Assembly (NCBI RefSeq): GCF_001642725.1
Contig: NZ_LSUQ01000009.1
Location: 62,001 to 89,041, forward strand
Source of the DNA: Ferroacidibacillus organovorans
GTDB lineage: Bacteria > Bacillota > Bacilli > Alicyclobacillales > SLC66
Reading direction: 5' to 3'
Length of the DNA stretch: 27,041 nt
How positions within the stretch are numbered: position 1 is the first letter of the stretch; every line of letters starts with the position of its first letter. The position numbers were made by a program, and so were the translations under genes. Positions 1 through 7,068 of this stretch are shown here, in pieces. The notes under the pieces are model-generated. The model made no database searches. It was not told the DNA's origin and was given only the letters and a program-made list of their open reading frames with translations.

Positions 1-540
1 AAGTGTGACGGTCGTCACTTCGCCGCTGTGAAAATTGACTGTCTTATTCTGATACGTCTTTCCAATCGGCTTGAGAACAGAAGTGAAAGTCTCCCCTGTT
101 TTCGGATGGGTTCTCCGCGGCGAGGCGAGACTATAGACAACAAGATCCACCTGTCCCAAATCTTTTTTTATCGTATCTATTGTTTCTTGCTTGATTGCGT
201 CAGAGAACGCATCCCCATTGATGCTCTTCGCGTAAAGCCCTGCTTCGCGCGCCTTCTTCTCAAACGCCGCCGTATTATACCAACCAGCCGTCGCCGTGCG
301 TTGATCTGAAGAAGGCTTCTCGAAAAAGACACCGAGTGTAGCTGCATTCGCTGAGAACGCCGCGGCAATGCGCGATGCAAGCCCGTAACCCGTGGATGCG
401 CCGATCACAAGCACGCGTTTAGGTCCCTCCACGGCAGGTTGCGATTTTACATACTCAATTTGTTCATATACATTGGCAGCACATCCTGCTGGATGCGCAG
501 TGGTACAAATGAATCCGCGAATTTTCGGTTGAATCATCAT
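1..540 (-). CDS. fabV: Enoyl-ACP / trans-2-enoyl-CoA reductase FabV, N-terminal 180 aa; runs off the window edge
   Basis: Manual translation gives [20 protein letters not shown]...[20 protein letters not shown]...TATAGWYN...INGDAFS...[12 protein letters not shown], the signature FabV/TER motifs. GGAGG RBS upstream; ATG at 540 overlaps the mscS stop (ATGA). Confidence 0.95.
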   Translation of the reverse strand, partial: MMIQPKIRGFICTTAHPAGCAANVYEQIEYVKSQPAVEGPKRVLVIGASTGYGLASRIAAAFSANAATLGVFFEKPSSDQRTATAGWYNTAAFEKKAREAGLYAKSINGDAFSDAIKQETIDTIKKDLGQVDLVVYSLASPRRTHPKTGETFTSVLKPIGKTYQNKTVNFHSGEVTTVTL

Positions 541-1466
541 GCGTGATACCCCTCCATTGTTCGAGACGCTGCCACTTGTTTCGAGGCAATTTGTAGAATT
601 TCATCGCGCACCTCGTCACCCAAACGCACGGTGTCAAGTGTGACGAGGAACGAATAACCCGTCGGGTACATATCAATCATGCGAACCACAACGTTTTTTT
701 CTCCATGATTCTTAACGTGGGATTGCAGTGCTTCACGCGTTTGCGTCACCAACTGTTCCGCATTCACTTCGAGTGGCGTGTCAAAGCGCACGCGCACGCG
801 ACTGCGTTTCTTGGCAGATCGATTCTCAATAAAAGCTTGCACGATAATCCCGTTTGGAATCAGTTGCAAAAAGCCGTCACTGTCCTCAAGCGCCGTGTAC
901 ATCAAATTGATATCGTGAACTTGTCCATAGTATGCCGGACGCATCGCTTCATGTGGATAACTCGGCATCAACAGTGGATACTGCCACGTTACCAATCCGA
1001 TCTGATCGCCAACCCGAAAAGGGTGAAACAAGATCAACCAGACTCCGCCGATAATGTTTGCAAACACTTGTTGTCCAGCGAGTCCGACGATAACCGTGAC
1101 AAATGCGCCGCCAAAGACGATGCTCGATAATCCAATGCCAATGGAAGCTAAGAACGCTAAAATGATCGTGACAAACAAGAGAAGACGCACCAGGTATTTT
1201 AAAGAGGCCGCGTGATCCACACGCAAGTGTAGCGCCGCCATCGAGAACAACCGACGTTCAAGAAGTCTTGACACAGCGATCCCAATCAACAAAACAAGCA
1301 GCGCGCGCGCTGCGGCTTGCCACGATGCCGGGAGCCCTTTTAGCAAACCGTGTGGCGCTTCCATTGCCAATCCAATCGCCAAACCTACGAAAACAAGCAG
1401 GACAATACCGATGAGTGTGCCACGCCACGATTTTTTGGCGGGAGGCCTTGAAGTATCCTTTGACAC
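537..1466 (-). CDS. mscS: Small-conductance mechanosensitive channel (MscS family)
   Basis: N-terminal TM helices; MscS motifs [28 protein letters not shown] and IPNG. GTG at 1466 chosen because it follows AGGGGG by 8 nt (ORF track starts at 1490). Confidence 0.9.
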   Translation of the reverse strand: MSKDTSRPPAKKSWRGTLIGIVLLVFVGLAIGLAMEAPHGLLKGLPASWQAAARALLVLLIGIAVSRLLERRLFSMAALHLRVDHAASLKYLVRLLLFVTIILAFLASIGIGLSSIVFGGAFVTVIVGLAGQQVFANIIGGVWLILFHPFRVGDQIGLVTWQYPLLMPSYPHEAMRPAYYGQVHDINLMYTALEDSDGFLQLIPNGIIVQAFIENRSAKKRSRVRVRFDTPLEVNAEQLVTQTREALQSHVKNHGEKNVVVRMIDMYPTGYSFLVTLDTVRLGDEVRDEILQIASKQVAASRTMEGYHA

Positions 1467-1510
1467 ATCCTGTGCCCCCTGTCCATACACATCTTGTGCA
1501 GACTGATTAA

Positions 1511-1539
1511 ATCCTATCGTTTGCCAGGGATAGAGTCAA
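1511..1539 (-). promoter_or_regulatory. sigA-type promoter for mscS-fabV
   Basis: TTGACT-N17-TAGGAT on the minus strand, about 45 nt upstream of the mscS start. Confidence 0.65.
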
Positions 1540-1634
1540 ATTTCCGCTTAACACAAAAAAAGGTTATATTCAATAAATATATTTTATCGGTTAAAACAGG
1601 AAGGGAAAAGGTCTTTATTGCATAGACTTAGAAA

Positions 1635-1768
1635 TGAATCCGTGGATGGTTACTGTGGGATGGGCACTCACAGTATGGATGGACCTTGGATTCACGCCGA
1701 AGGGGATCCGGATGCATTTCCGGATCCCCTTCCAGCTTCTGAATTGGGCATTCACAACATGGATGGAC
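1635..1768. other. Structured repeat element, candidate ncRNA (strand unresolved)
   Basis: Perfect 14-bp hairpin at 1699-1732; nested stems 1635-41/1688-94 and 1651-57/1669-75; GGATGG four times. Confidence 0.45.
1661..1768. repeat. 24-nt imperfect direct repeat (1661-1684 and 1745-1768) flanking a hairpin
   Basis: tgggcactcacagtatggatggac vs tgggcattcacaacatggatggac: 21/24 identical, period 84 nt. Confidence 0.85.
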
Positions 1769-1781
1769 AGCGCGCTTCACA

Positions 1782-1973
1782 TCAGGTAAAAATGGCCCGA
1801 ATTTGGGAGCAAGGCACCCGCAACAGGACACCGTTTACCAAAAACAGCGCGACACCGTTTTGGAAACCTTGGAAGCGAGCCAGAAAAATCGCAGCATCGA
1901 TCCAAACAAAAACCGTCGTTCCGACGCCCACTCCGGTAAGAACTGGGCAAGACATTCCGTATCCGATCGGCAT
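1782..1973 (-). CDS. Small protein (63 aa), beta-rich, possibly DUF2642/YuzF-like spore-associated protein
   Basis: Near-perfect SD (AAAGGAGGTGA). Alternating hydrophobic strands ending LLRVPCSQIRAI. Family assignment is tentative. Confidence 0.7.
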   Translation of the reverse strand: MPIGYGMSCPVLTGVGVGTTVFVWIDAAIFLARFQGFQNGVALFLVNGVLLRVPCSQIRAIFT

Positions 1974-2026
1974 ATCATCTCACCTCCTTTCAAAACATCG
2001 AAAGGCTCAACCTTTTGCTGACACGC

Positions 2027-2242
2027 CTACAGATCGTTCGTAAACCCCAAGCGATTCGACATTCCTGTGGTTCCTGGCAAATTGAAATTAGGGCCTCCTT
2101 CTGGGTTTGATAAATCGGTTTGATTTGGCAGATCTGTCTTGTTTGTCAACCCGAGATGATTGAGCAAACCGTGAACATCCGACATTTTGAGAGTGTTCGG
2201 CAAATCCACCGAATGAGTCGAATGAAGCGGGTGTTGATCCAC
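2027..2242 (-). CDS. Small hypothetical protein (71 aa), N/L/T/H-rich low complexity
   Basis: SD AAAGGAGGTGA with GTG at 2242, 8 nt after GGAGG. Internal DLPN/DLPN/DLSN repeats. Confidence 0.6.
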   Translation of the reverse strand: MDQHPLHSTHSVDLPNTLKMSDVHGLLNHLGLTNKTDLPNQTDLSNPEGGPNFNLPGTTGMSNRLGFTNDL

Positions 2243-2282
2243 ATGCATCACCTCCTTTCAAAGCGAAACAAGCAGATACGCG

Positions 2283-2456
2283 TCAAAATTTGAATCCGTT
2301 TCGTTTTAGAAATCCGGCAACCCGCGCTTCATCGTTCGTGTGAAGAACTGCGCTCAGTTTGCGAGAAAACGTTTGATCAGATTGCATGCGCTGCAAAAAC
2401 TTTTGCATTTCCTCGGCATTGAGGCGTACGTTAACGTGCGTTGATACAGCCTTCAT
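2283..2456 (-). CDS. Small protein (57 aa) resembling a Nif11-like leader domain
   Basis: Below the ORF-track size cutoff. SD GGAGGTGA; MKAVSTHVNVRLNAEEMQKFLQRMQSDQTFSRKLSAVLHTNDEARVAGFLKRNGFKF*. Confidence 0.7.
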   Translation of the reverse strand: MKAVSTHVNVRLNAEEMQKFLQRMQSDQTFSRKLSAVLHTNDEARVAGFLKRNGFKF

Positions 2457-2483
2457 GATTCACCTCCGAAATTGACTTACCAT

Positions 2484-2491
2484 AATGTATG
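2484..2491 (-). promoter_or_regulatory. Sporulation sigma (sigE/sigK-type) -10 element for the small-gene cassette
   Basis: CATACATT about 28 nt upstream of the ATG at 2456; no convincing -35. Confidence 0.35.
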
Positions 2492-2564
2492 AATACAGTC
2501 GTTTGAACGGACGGGCTAATCGACGTGAAAATCTGCACATTTTTGAGAGTCTATCAAGACACAC

Positions 2565-2610
2565 AAAAAGGACCGAGTGTCCACGCATCACGCGGATACT
2601 CGGTCTATTT
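2565..2610 (-). terminator. Intrinsic terminator of the qox operon
   Basis: GACCGAGTATCC...GGACACTCGGTC stem followed by CTTTTT on the minus strand, downstream of qoxD. Confidence 0.75.
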
Positions 2611-2654
2611 ATTTCTCACGCATTCAATTCCAAAAAGCGTGATTCTCTCCTATG

Positions 2655-2963
2655 TCAATACGCCTGATTACCGCCAAAGGTCATGATCCAAATGGATCCC
2701 GCTACAATCGTGAAAGTAAAAAGCAATCCTAACGCGAGGGCAATGACATGGTAGCGAGGACCTGGACTATCCGTGATGTGCATAAATAGAAACAATTGAA
2801 CGAGAATTTGCAGAGCAGCGAACAGGAGTGTGACGGAGATGAGCGCAGTGAAACCCATCACATGCGCCTGCACCATCCAAAGTGCGAGCAGTGTGAGGGC
2901 GATGGACAATACAAATCCTGTCACGTGCTTCCACGGAAACGCCCGATTTGCATTTGTATTCAT
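2655..2963 (-). CDS. qoxD: Quinol oxidase subunit IV
   Basis: FPWKHVTGFVLSIALT...QILVQLFLFMH...GSIWIM. ATG at 2963 overlaps the qoxC stop (TGATG). Confidence 0.93.
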   Translation of the reverse strand: MNTNANRAFPWKHVTGFVLSIALTLLALWMVQAHVMGFTALISVTLLFAALQILVQLFLFMHITDSPGPRYHVIALALGLLFTFTIVAGSIWIMTFGGNQAY

Positions 2964-3589
2964 CAATGCGCCACCCCCGTCAGATAGACAACCGTGAAGA
3001 TAAATACCCACACGACATCGAGAAAGTGCCAGTAGAGTCCGACCACAAACACCTTGCGCGCCGTCGTGCTGTTAAGTCCTGTGCGCCACAATTGGTATAA
3101 AATCGAAAGCATCCAGAGAATTCCCATAGACACGTGTATTCCGTGTGTGCCGACGAGTGTAAAAAACGCGGATAAGAATGCACTGCGCTGCATCGTCGCA
3201 CCGTGTGTTGCGTACGTAATGAACTCGCTGAGTTCTAGACCGATAAATGTCGCCCCGAGCAATACGGTTACCACGAGCCAGAAGGAAAGCCAGCCATGCT
3301 TTTTCCGATGCATCTGAAAGGTGGCCAGTCCACACGTAAAGCTGCTCGTAAGCAGAATCAGCGTCTCCGCAGTGAAGATGGGTACCTCAAACAATTGCGA
3401 CTCACTCGGACCTCCTGCTGTATTTGCGCGCAAGACAACATAGGTTGCAAACAGTGTGCCAAAGAGGACGAGATCTGTCGCGATAAAGAGCCAAAAACCG
3501 TAGATTCTTAGCACATCATTTTCATGACGGTATTCAAGCGGCGTCGTTTCATCATCCTCTGACAAAACGGCATCATGTCCAATCGCCAA
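2963..3589 (-). CDS. qoxC: Quinol oxidase subunit III
   Basis: GFWLFIATD, LLTSSFTCG, SAFFTLVGTHGIHV, LYWHFLDVVWVFIFTVVYL. Confidence 0.95.
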   Translation of the reverse strand: MAIGHDAVLSEDDETTPLEYRHENDVLRIYGFWLFIATDLVLFGTLFATYVVLRANTAGGPSESQLFEVPIFTAETLILLTSSFTCGLATFQMHRKKHGWLSFWLVVTVLLGATFIGLELSEFITYATHGATMQRSAFLSAFFTLVGTHGIHVSMGILWMLSILYQLWRTGLNSTTARKVFVVGLYWHFLDVVWVFIFTVVYLTGVAH

Positions 3590-3591
3590 CC

Positions 3592-5559
3592 CTATGCCCT
3601 CCCCAAATTCGATTCAATGTGCTGAATCTCTTCAACGGGAATGTAATAGTCGGTGTCTCGCTCTACTGAACGCATCAAAAGACTCGTCAAAATACCGACC
3701 AATCCGACAAGCGCGAGCGGATACCACTCGAACACTAACCCGAACCCACCAATAAAGAAGCACAGGGACATGATGAACGGCCGCCCAGAATTTCTGGGCA
3801 TGTGGATTGGCTGAAACGGTCTCGTCTCCTTTTGAATTTCCCCTTTTTTCCGCGCCTCTTTCTGGCCCCACCACGCGTCACGCTCCGTCACAACGGGAAC
3901 ATGTGCGAAATTGTAGTGTGGTGCAGGCGATGGCAGAGACCATTCGAGCGTCCGACCGTCCCACGGATCGCCTGTCGTATCGCGCACCCCCCAGACTGCG
4001 CTGTAGAGAATCTCGACAACGATAAGAACGAAGGCAATCCCCATCAAATAGGCGCCTACCGTTGAGATGAGATTGAGTGTTGACCATCCCATGTCTGCTG
4101 GATAAATATAGACTCTTCGCGTCATTCCCATAAATCCGAGTTGGTATTGCGGCATGAAGCACACGTAAAACCCGATGTTGAAAAGCCAAAAGGCCCATCT
4201 GCCAATACGTTCATCAAGGATAAAGCCGAACATCTTCGGCCACCAATAGTACATCCCCGCAAGCATGCCATACACCACACCGCCAATGAGCACCTGATGG
4301 AAGTGGGCAATTAAAAAGTAACTGTTGTGGTACTGATAGTCGCCAGGCGCCGCAGCCAGCATGATCCCTGTCGCGCCGCCAATCGCGAAATTCGGGATGA
4401 ATCCAATCGCCCAGAGCATGGGAAGCGACGTACGAATTCTTCCCTTGAACATCGTGAACAGCCAGTTGAACACCTTGACTCCCGTTGGAATTCCGACGCA
4501 CATGGACGCGATGGCAAAGAAGGAGTTTACACCGGGGCCGGCACCCATGGTGAAGAAGTGATGCGCCCAGACAAAGTAGCTGATGACGGCGATTGTCATC
4601 AGTGACGCGACCATCGAGGTGTAGCCAAAGACTCGTTTGCGTGAAAACGTGGCAAACACTTCCGAGAAAATCCCAAACGCCGGAAGAACCACGATGTAGA
4701 CTTCTGGATGGCCCCATACCCAAAACAGATTGACATACATCATGGGATTGCCACCCTGAAGCATTGTAAAAAAATGCGCCCCTGCCAATCGGTCAAGCAA
4801 AAGAAGCGCGAGGGCAATCGTCAGCGCGGGAAACGCAAAAATAATCAAGACAGATGCAGACAACACAGACCATGGAAAAAGCGGCATCCGCATCAGTGTC
4901 ATTCCTGGCGCGCGCATTTTAAGTATGGTCACCAAGAAATTGATGCCCGTCGCAATGCTTCCAATTCCAGATATTTGGAGCGCGAGGAGATAGAAATTTT
5001 CACCTGGCCCTGGGTCAAACGGCGTCTCTGTCAGCGGCGGATAGCTGACCCATCCCGCATCCGGCGAACCGCCGATGACAAACGATAGATTGAAGAGCAT
5101 CGCGCCAAAGAAAAACAGCCAGAAACTGATCGCATTCAAATATGGAAACGCAACATCACGCGCGCCGATCTGCAATGGAACTGCGATGTTCATCATGGCG
5201 AAGATCAGTGGCATGGCCATAAACAGAATCATGATCGTCCCGTGTGTCGTGAAGATCTGATCGTAGTGTTCCGCACCGAGAAAGTGGTTGTTTGGAAACG
5301 CGAGCTGCGTGCGCATCAACTCCGAATCCACTCCACCGCGAAACATCATCGCAAGCGCCGCGAGGAGATACATGATGCCGATTTTTTTGTGATCGACCGT
5401 TGTGATCCATTCCTCCCACAGCCAGCGCCACCTTCGAAAATAGGTGAGAACAAATACAACACCGACAAGCGTCAATGCAATCAGGACATCAGAAGCGTAG
5501 ATCATTGGGTCACCCGATACAAAAAAGGGTGTGGGATGATGTCGATCATAGCCTGGCAT
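3592..5559 (-). CDS. qoxB: Heme-copper quinol oxidase subunit I (aa3-600/bo3-type)
   Basis: VDHKKIG, RGGVD quinol site, FTTHG, WGHPEVY, WAHHFF, AHFH, GMTRR. Confidence 0.97.
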   Translation of the reverse strand: MPGYDRHHPTPFFVSGDPMIYASDVLIALTLVGVVFVLTYFRRWRWLWEEWITTVDHKKIGIMYLLAALAMMFRGGVDSELMRTQLAFPNNHFLGAEHYDQIFTTHGTIMILFMAMPLIFAMMNIAVPLQIGARDVAFPYLNAISFWLFFFGAMLFNLSFVIGGSPDAGWVSYPPLTETPFDPGPGENFYLLALQISGIGSIATGINFLVTILKMRAPGMTLMRMPLFPWSVLSASVLIIFAFPALTIALALLLLDRLAGAHFFTMLQGGNPMMYVNLFWVWGHPEVYIVVLPAFGIFSEVFATFSRKRVFGYTSMVASLMTIAVISYFVWAHHFFTMGAGPGVNSFFAIASMCVGIPTGVKVFNWLFTMFKGRIRTSLPMLWAIGFIPNFAIGGATGIMLAAAPGDYQYHNSYFLIAHFHQVLIGGVVYGMLAGMYYWWPKMFGFILDERIGRWAFWLFNIGFYVCFMPQYQLGFMGMTRRVYIYPADMGWSTLNLISTVGAYLMGIAFVLIVVEILYSAVWGVRDTTGDPWDGRTLEWSLPSPAPHYNFAHVPVVTERDAWWGQKEARKKGEIQKETRPFQPIHMPRNSGRPFIMSLCFFIGGFGLVFEWYPLALVGLVGILTSLLMRSVERDTDYYIPVEEIQHIESNLGRA

Positions 5560-5578
5560 CTCTCGAATTCCTCTCTAT

Positions 5579-5621
5579 CTCAAGTCAGGCGGGCAACTTC
5601 CTCAATTCAGGTGGGCAACTT
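5579..5621. repeat. Tandem 21-nt direct repeat (period 22) in the qoxA-qoxB spacer
   Basis: ctcaagtcaggcgggcaactt and ctcaattcaggtgggcaactt, 19/21 identical. Confidence 0.85.
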
Positions 5622-5661
5622 TGATCGTGCGCGGCACGGTTGAACACTCGTCACAAGCACT

Positions 5662-6552
5662 TCAATCTGCCGTACCCAGAATGGTCATGTCGTGCTTCAT
5701 GTACATGCCTCCCTCCTGCATGATCATGTCCCGAAAGATGGTGGGCGGATAGGATGAAAAGGACATTTGCCCAACGACACTCGGTCGCACCAATCCGTGA
5801 TACCCATCCATCGTAAGGGGTGGCGCAGTCCTTTTCAGATGTTTTACCCAAGCGTCAAATTGCGTTTGCTTCACCGCGTGGACATTGAACTGCATATGGG
5901 CAAACCCTTTACCTGAAAAATTTGCGCCGTGACCATAGTAAATGCCCGGCTGATCAGCCTGAAGCCAGAGGCGCATCGCCATACCTGGCATCGTATACTC
6001 CTGCCCGCCCAATTCTGGAACCCAAAAGGAGTTCATGGGTGCGTTTGACGTGAGCACAAACTGGACGGGGCGACTGGCAGGAATTTCACAATAGTTGACT
6101 GTGGCAACTTGCTGACCTGGATACTGAAACATCCACTTCCAGTCAAGTGAGGTTACCAGTATGGTGAGCGGATTTGTAACCTTCTCAGGAGGACGCGTTA
6201 ACGCAAATGTATCCTTCACTGTAAAAAAGCCGAGTACAGCCACAATGATGATGGGGATTCCCCACCAGATGCTTTCAAGAACGCGACTCTCAGACCACTC
6301 CGGCTCATACGGAGCAGGATTATTTGGCGTATCGCGAAAGGTGCGCACGATATACCAGAGCAGCAAAATGACGGGCACAACGACAATGGTGACGAGGATG
6401 ATCGACATGATGATCAAATGTTCTTCAATCCGACTCACAGGACCTGCTGGATGAAATACAAGGACATTCGAACTACATCCTGTCGTCGACAGACCACAGA
6501 ATAAAAGTGCCATCCACTGCACAGAACGACGGATGAAACCATACATCGTCAT
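5662..6552 (-). CDS. qoxA: Quinol oxidase subunit II (lipoprotein, no CuA ligands)
   Basis: Lipobox-like TTGC; LESIWWGIP, LDWKWMFQYP, MNSFWVPELGGQ, ANFSGKGFAHM without CuA cysteines; AAAGGAG RBS. Confidence 0.95.
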   Translation of the reverse strand: MTMYGFIRRSVQWMALLFCGLSTTGCSSNVLVFHPAGPVSRIEEHLIIMSIILVTIVVVPVILLLWYIVRTFRDTPNNPAPYEPEWSESRVLESIWWGIPIIIVAVLGFFTVKDTFALTRPPEKVTNPLTILVTSLDWKWMFQYPGQQVATVNYCEIPASRPVQFVLTSNAPMNSFWVPELGGQEYTMPGMAMRLWLQADQPGIYYGHGANFSGKGFAHMQFNVHAVKQTQFDAWVKHLKRTAPPLTMDGYHGLVRPSVVGQMSFSSYPPTIFRDMIMQEGGMYMKHDMTILGTAD

Positions 6553-6631
6553 GACCTTCTCCTTTGAGAGAGAGATTCGGGGTACGCCAAGGTTTGGTTG
6601 GCAAAATGATGCGACACACGCGGCAGTTCCA

Positions 6632-6751
6632 TTACGGTCGCGCCGAATAGATATGATAGATTCGAAATTCCCACAAGAGAACCATGACCGCTACCAAAAC
6701 GACGATGGCAATTCCAATTCGAAGATTTTTTATTTTGCGCCCTTGTGCCAT
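6632..6751 (-). CDS. Single-TM microprotein (39 aa)
   Basis: GGGAGG RBS; MAQGRKIKNLRIGIAIVVLVAVMVLLWEFRIYHIYSARP*: basic N-terminus then a hydrophobic helix. Confidence 0.7.
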   Translation of the reverse strand: MAQGRKIKNLRIGIAIVVLVAVMVLLWEFRIYHIYSARP

Positions 6752-6793
6752 ATCACGCCTCCCTGCCATCAAAAGTGACTGCTCTTGGAAGAC

Positions 6794-6922
6794 TTATCTG
6801 TTGGGCGATAACCAATAACCGTCAAACCACCACATTACGGCGCCAAGTGCGACAAGAAATACGATCGTCGCAAGAAAAATCCATGTGACTCTTGTCAGAC
6901 CTCGATTTGCATCTTTCATCAT
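6794..6922 (-). CDS. Single-TM microprotein (42 aa)
   Basis: GGGGG RBS; MMKDANRGLTRVTWIFLATIVFLVALGAVMWWFDGYWLSPNR*. Confidence 0.65.
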   Translation of the reverse strand: MMKDANRGLTRVTWIFLATIVFLVALGAVMWWFDGYWLSPNR

Positions 6923-6959
6923 GTAGCGTTATCCCCCCACGCATCCTATAGCGTAAGGG

Positions 6960-6989
6960 CAGTATGTGTAGAAAACAGGTGGATTATCC
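6960..6989 (-). promoter_or_regulatory. sigG-like (forespore) promoter upstream of the microprotein-qox operon
   Basis: GGATA-N18-CATACTG, close to the B. subtilis sigG consensus GNATA-N18-CATACTA. Confidence 0.5.
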
Positions 6990-7020
6990 AAGCATTTCCT
7001 AAGGGGATTTGAATGAAATT

Positions 7021-7058
7021 AAAAAAGAGAGAGCACAAGTGAATCTGCCCTCCCTTTT
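7021..7058 (-). terminator. Intrinsic terminator after the EamA gene
   Basis: AGGGAGGGCA...TGCTCTCTCT stem followed by a T run on the minus strand. Confidence 0.75.
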
Positions 7059-7068
7059 GAACCGCTGT

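Noticed and set aside
28..676. Short ORFs 28-309, 177-380 and 464-676
   Set aside because: Shadows of fabV and mscS, which occupy this interval.
1661..1768. Repeat-spacer-repeat as a mini CRISPR
   Set aside because: Only two imperfect repeats, a 60-nt palindromic spacer, and no cas genes.
1618..2043. 141-aa plus-strand ORF
   Set aside because: Antisense to a strong-SD minus-strand gene, with no recognisable domain.
2472..2486. TTGACT...CATAAT as a plus-strand sigA promoter
   Set aside because: Spacer is only 3 nt.
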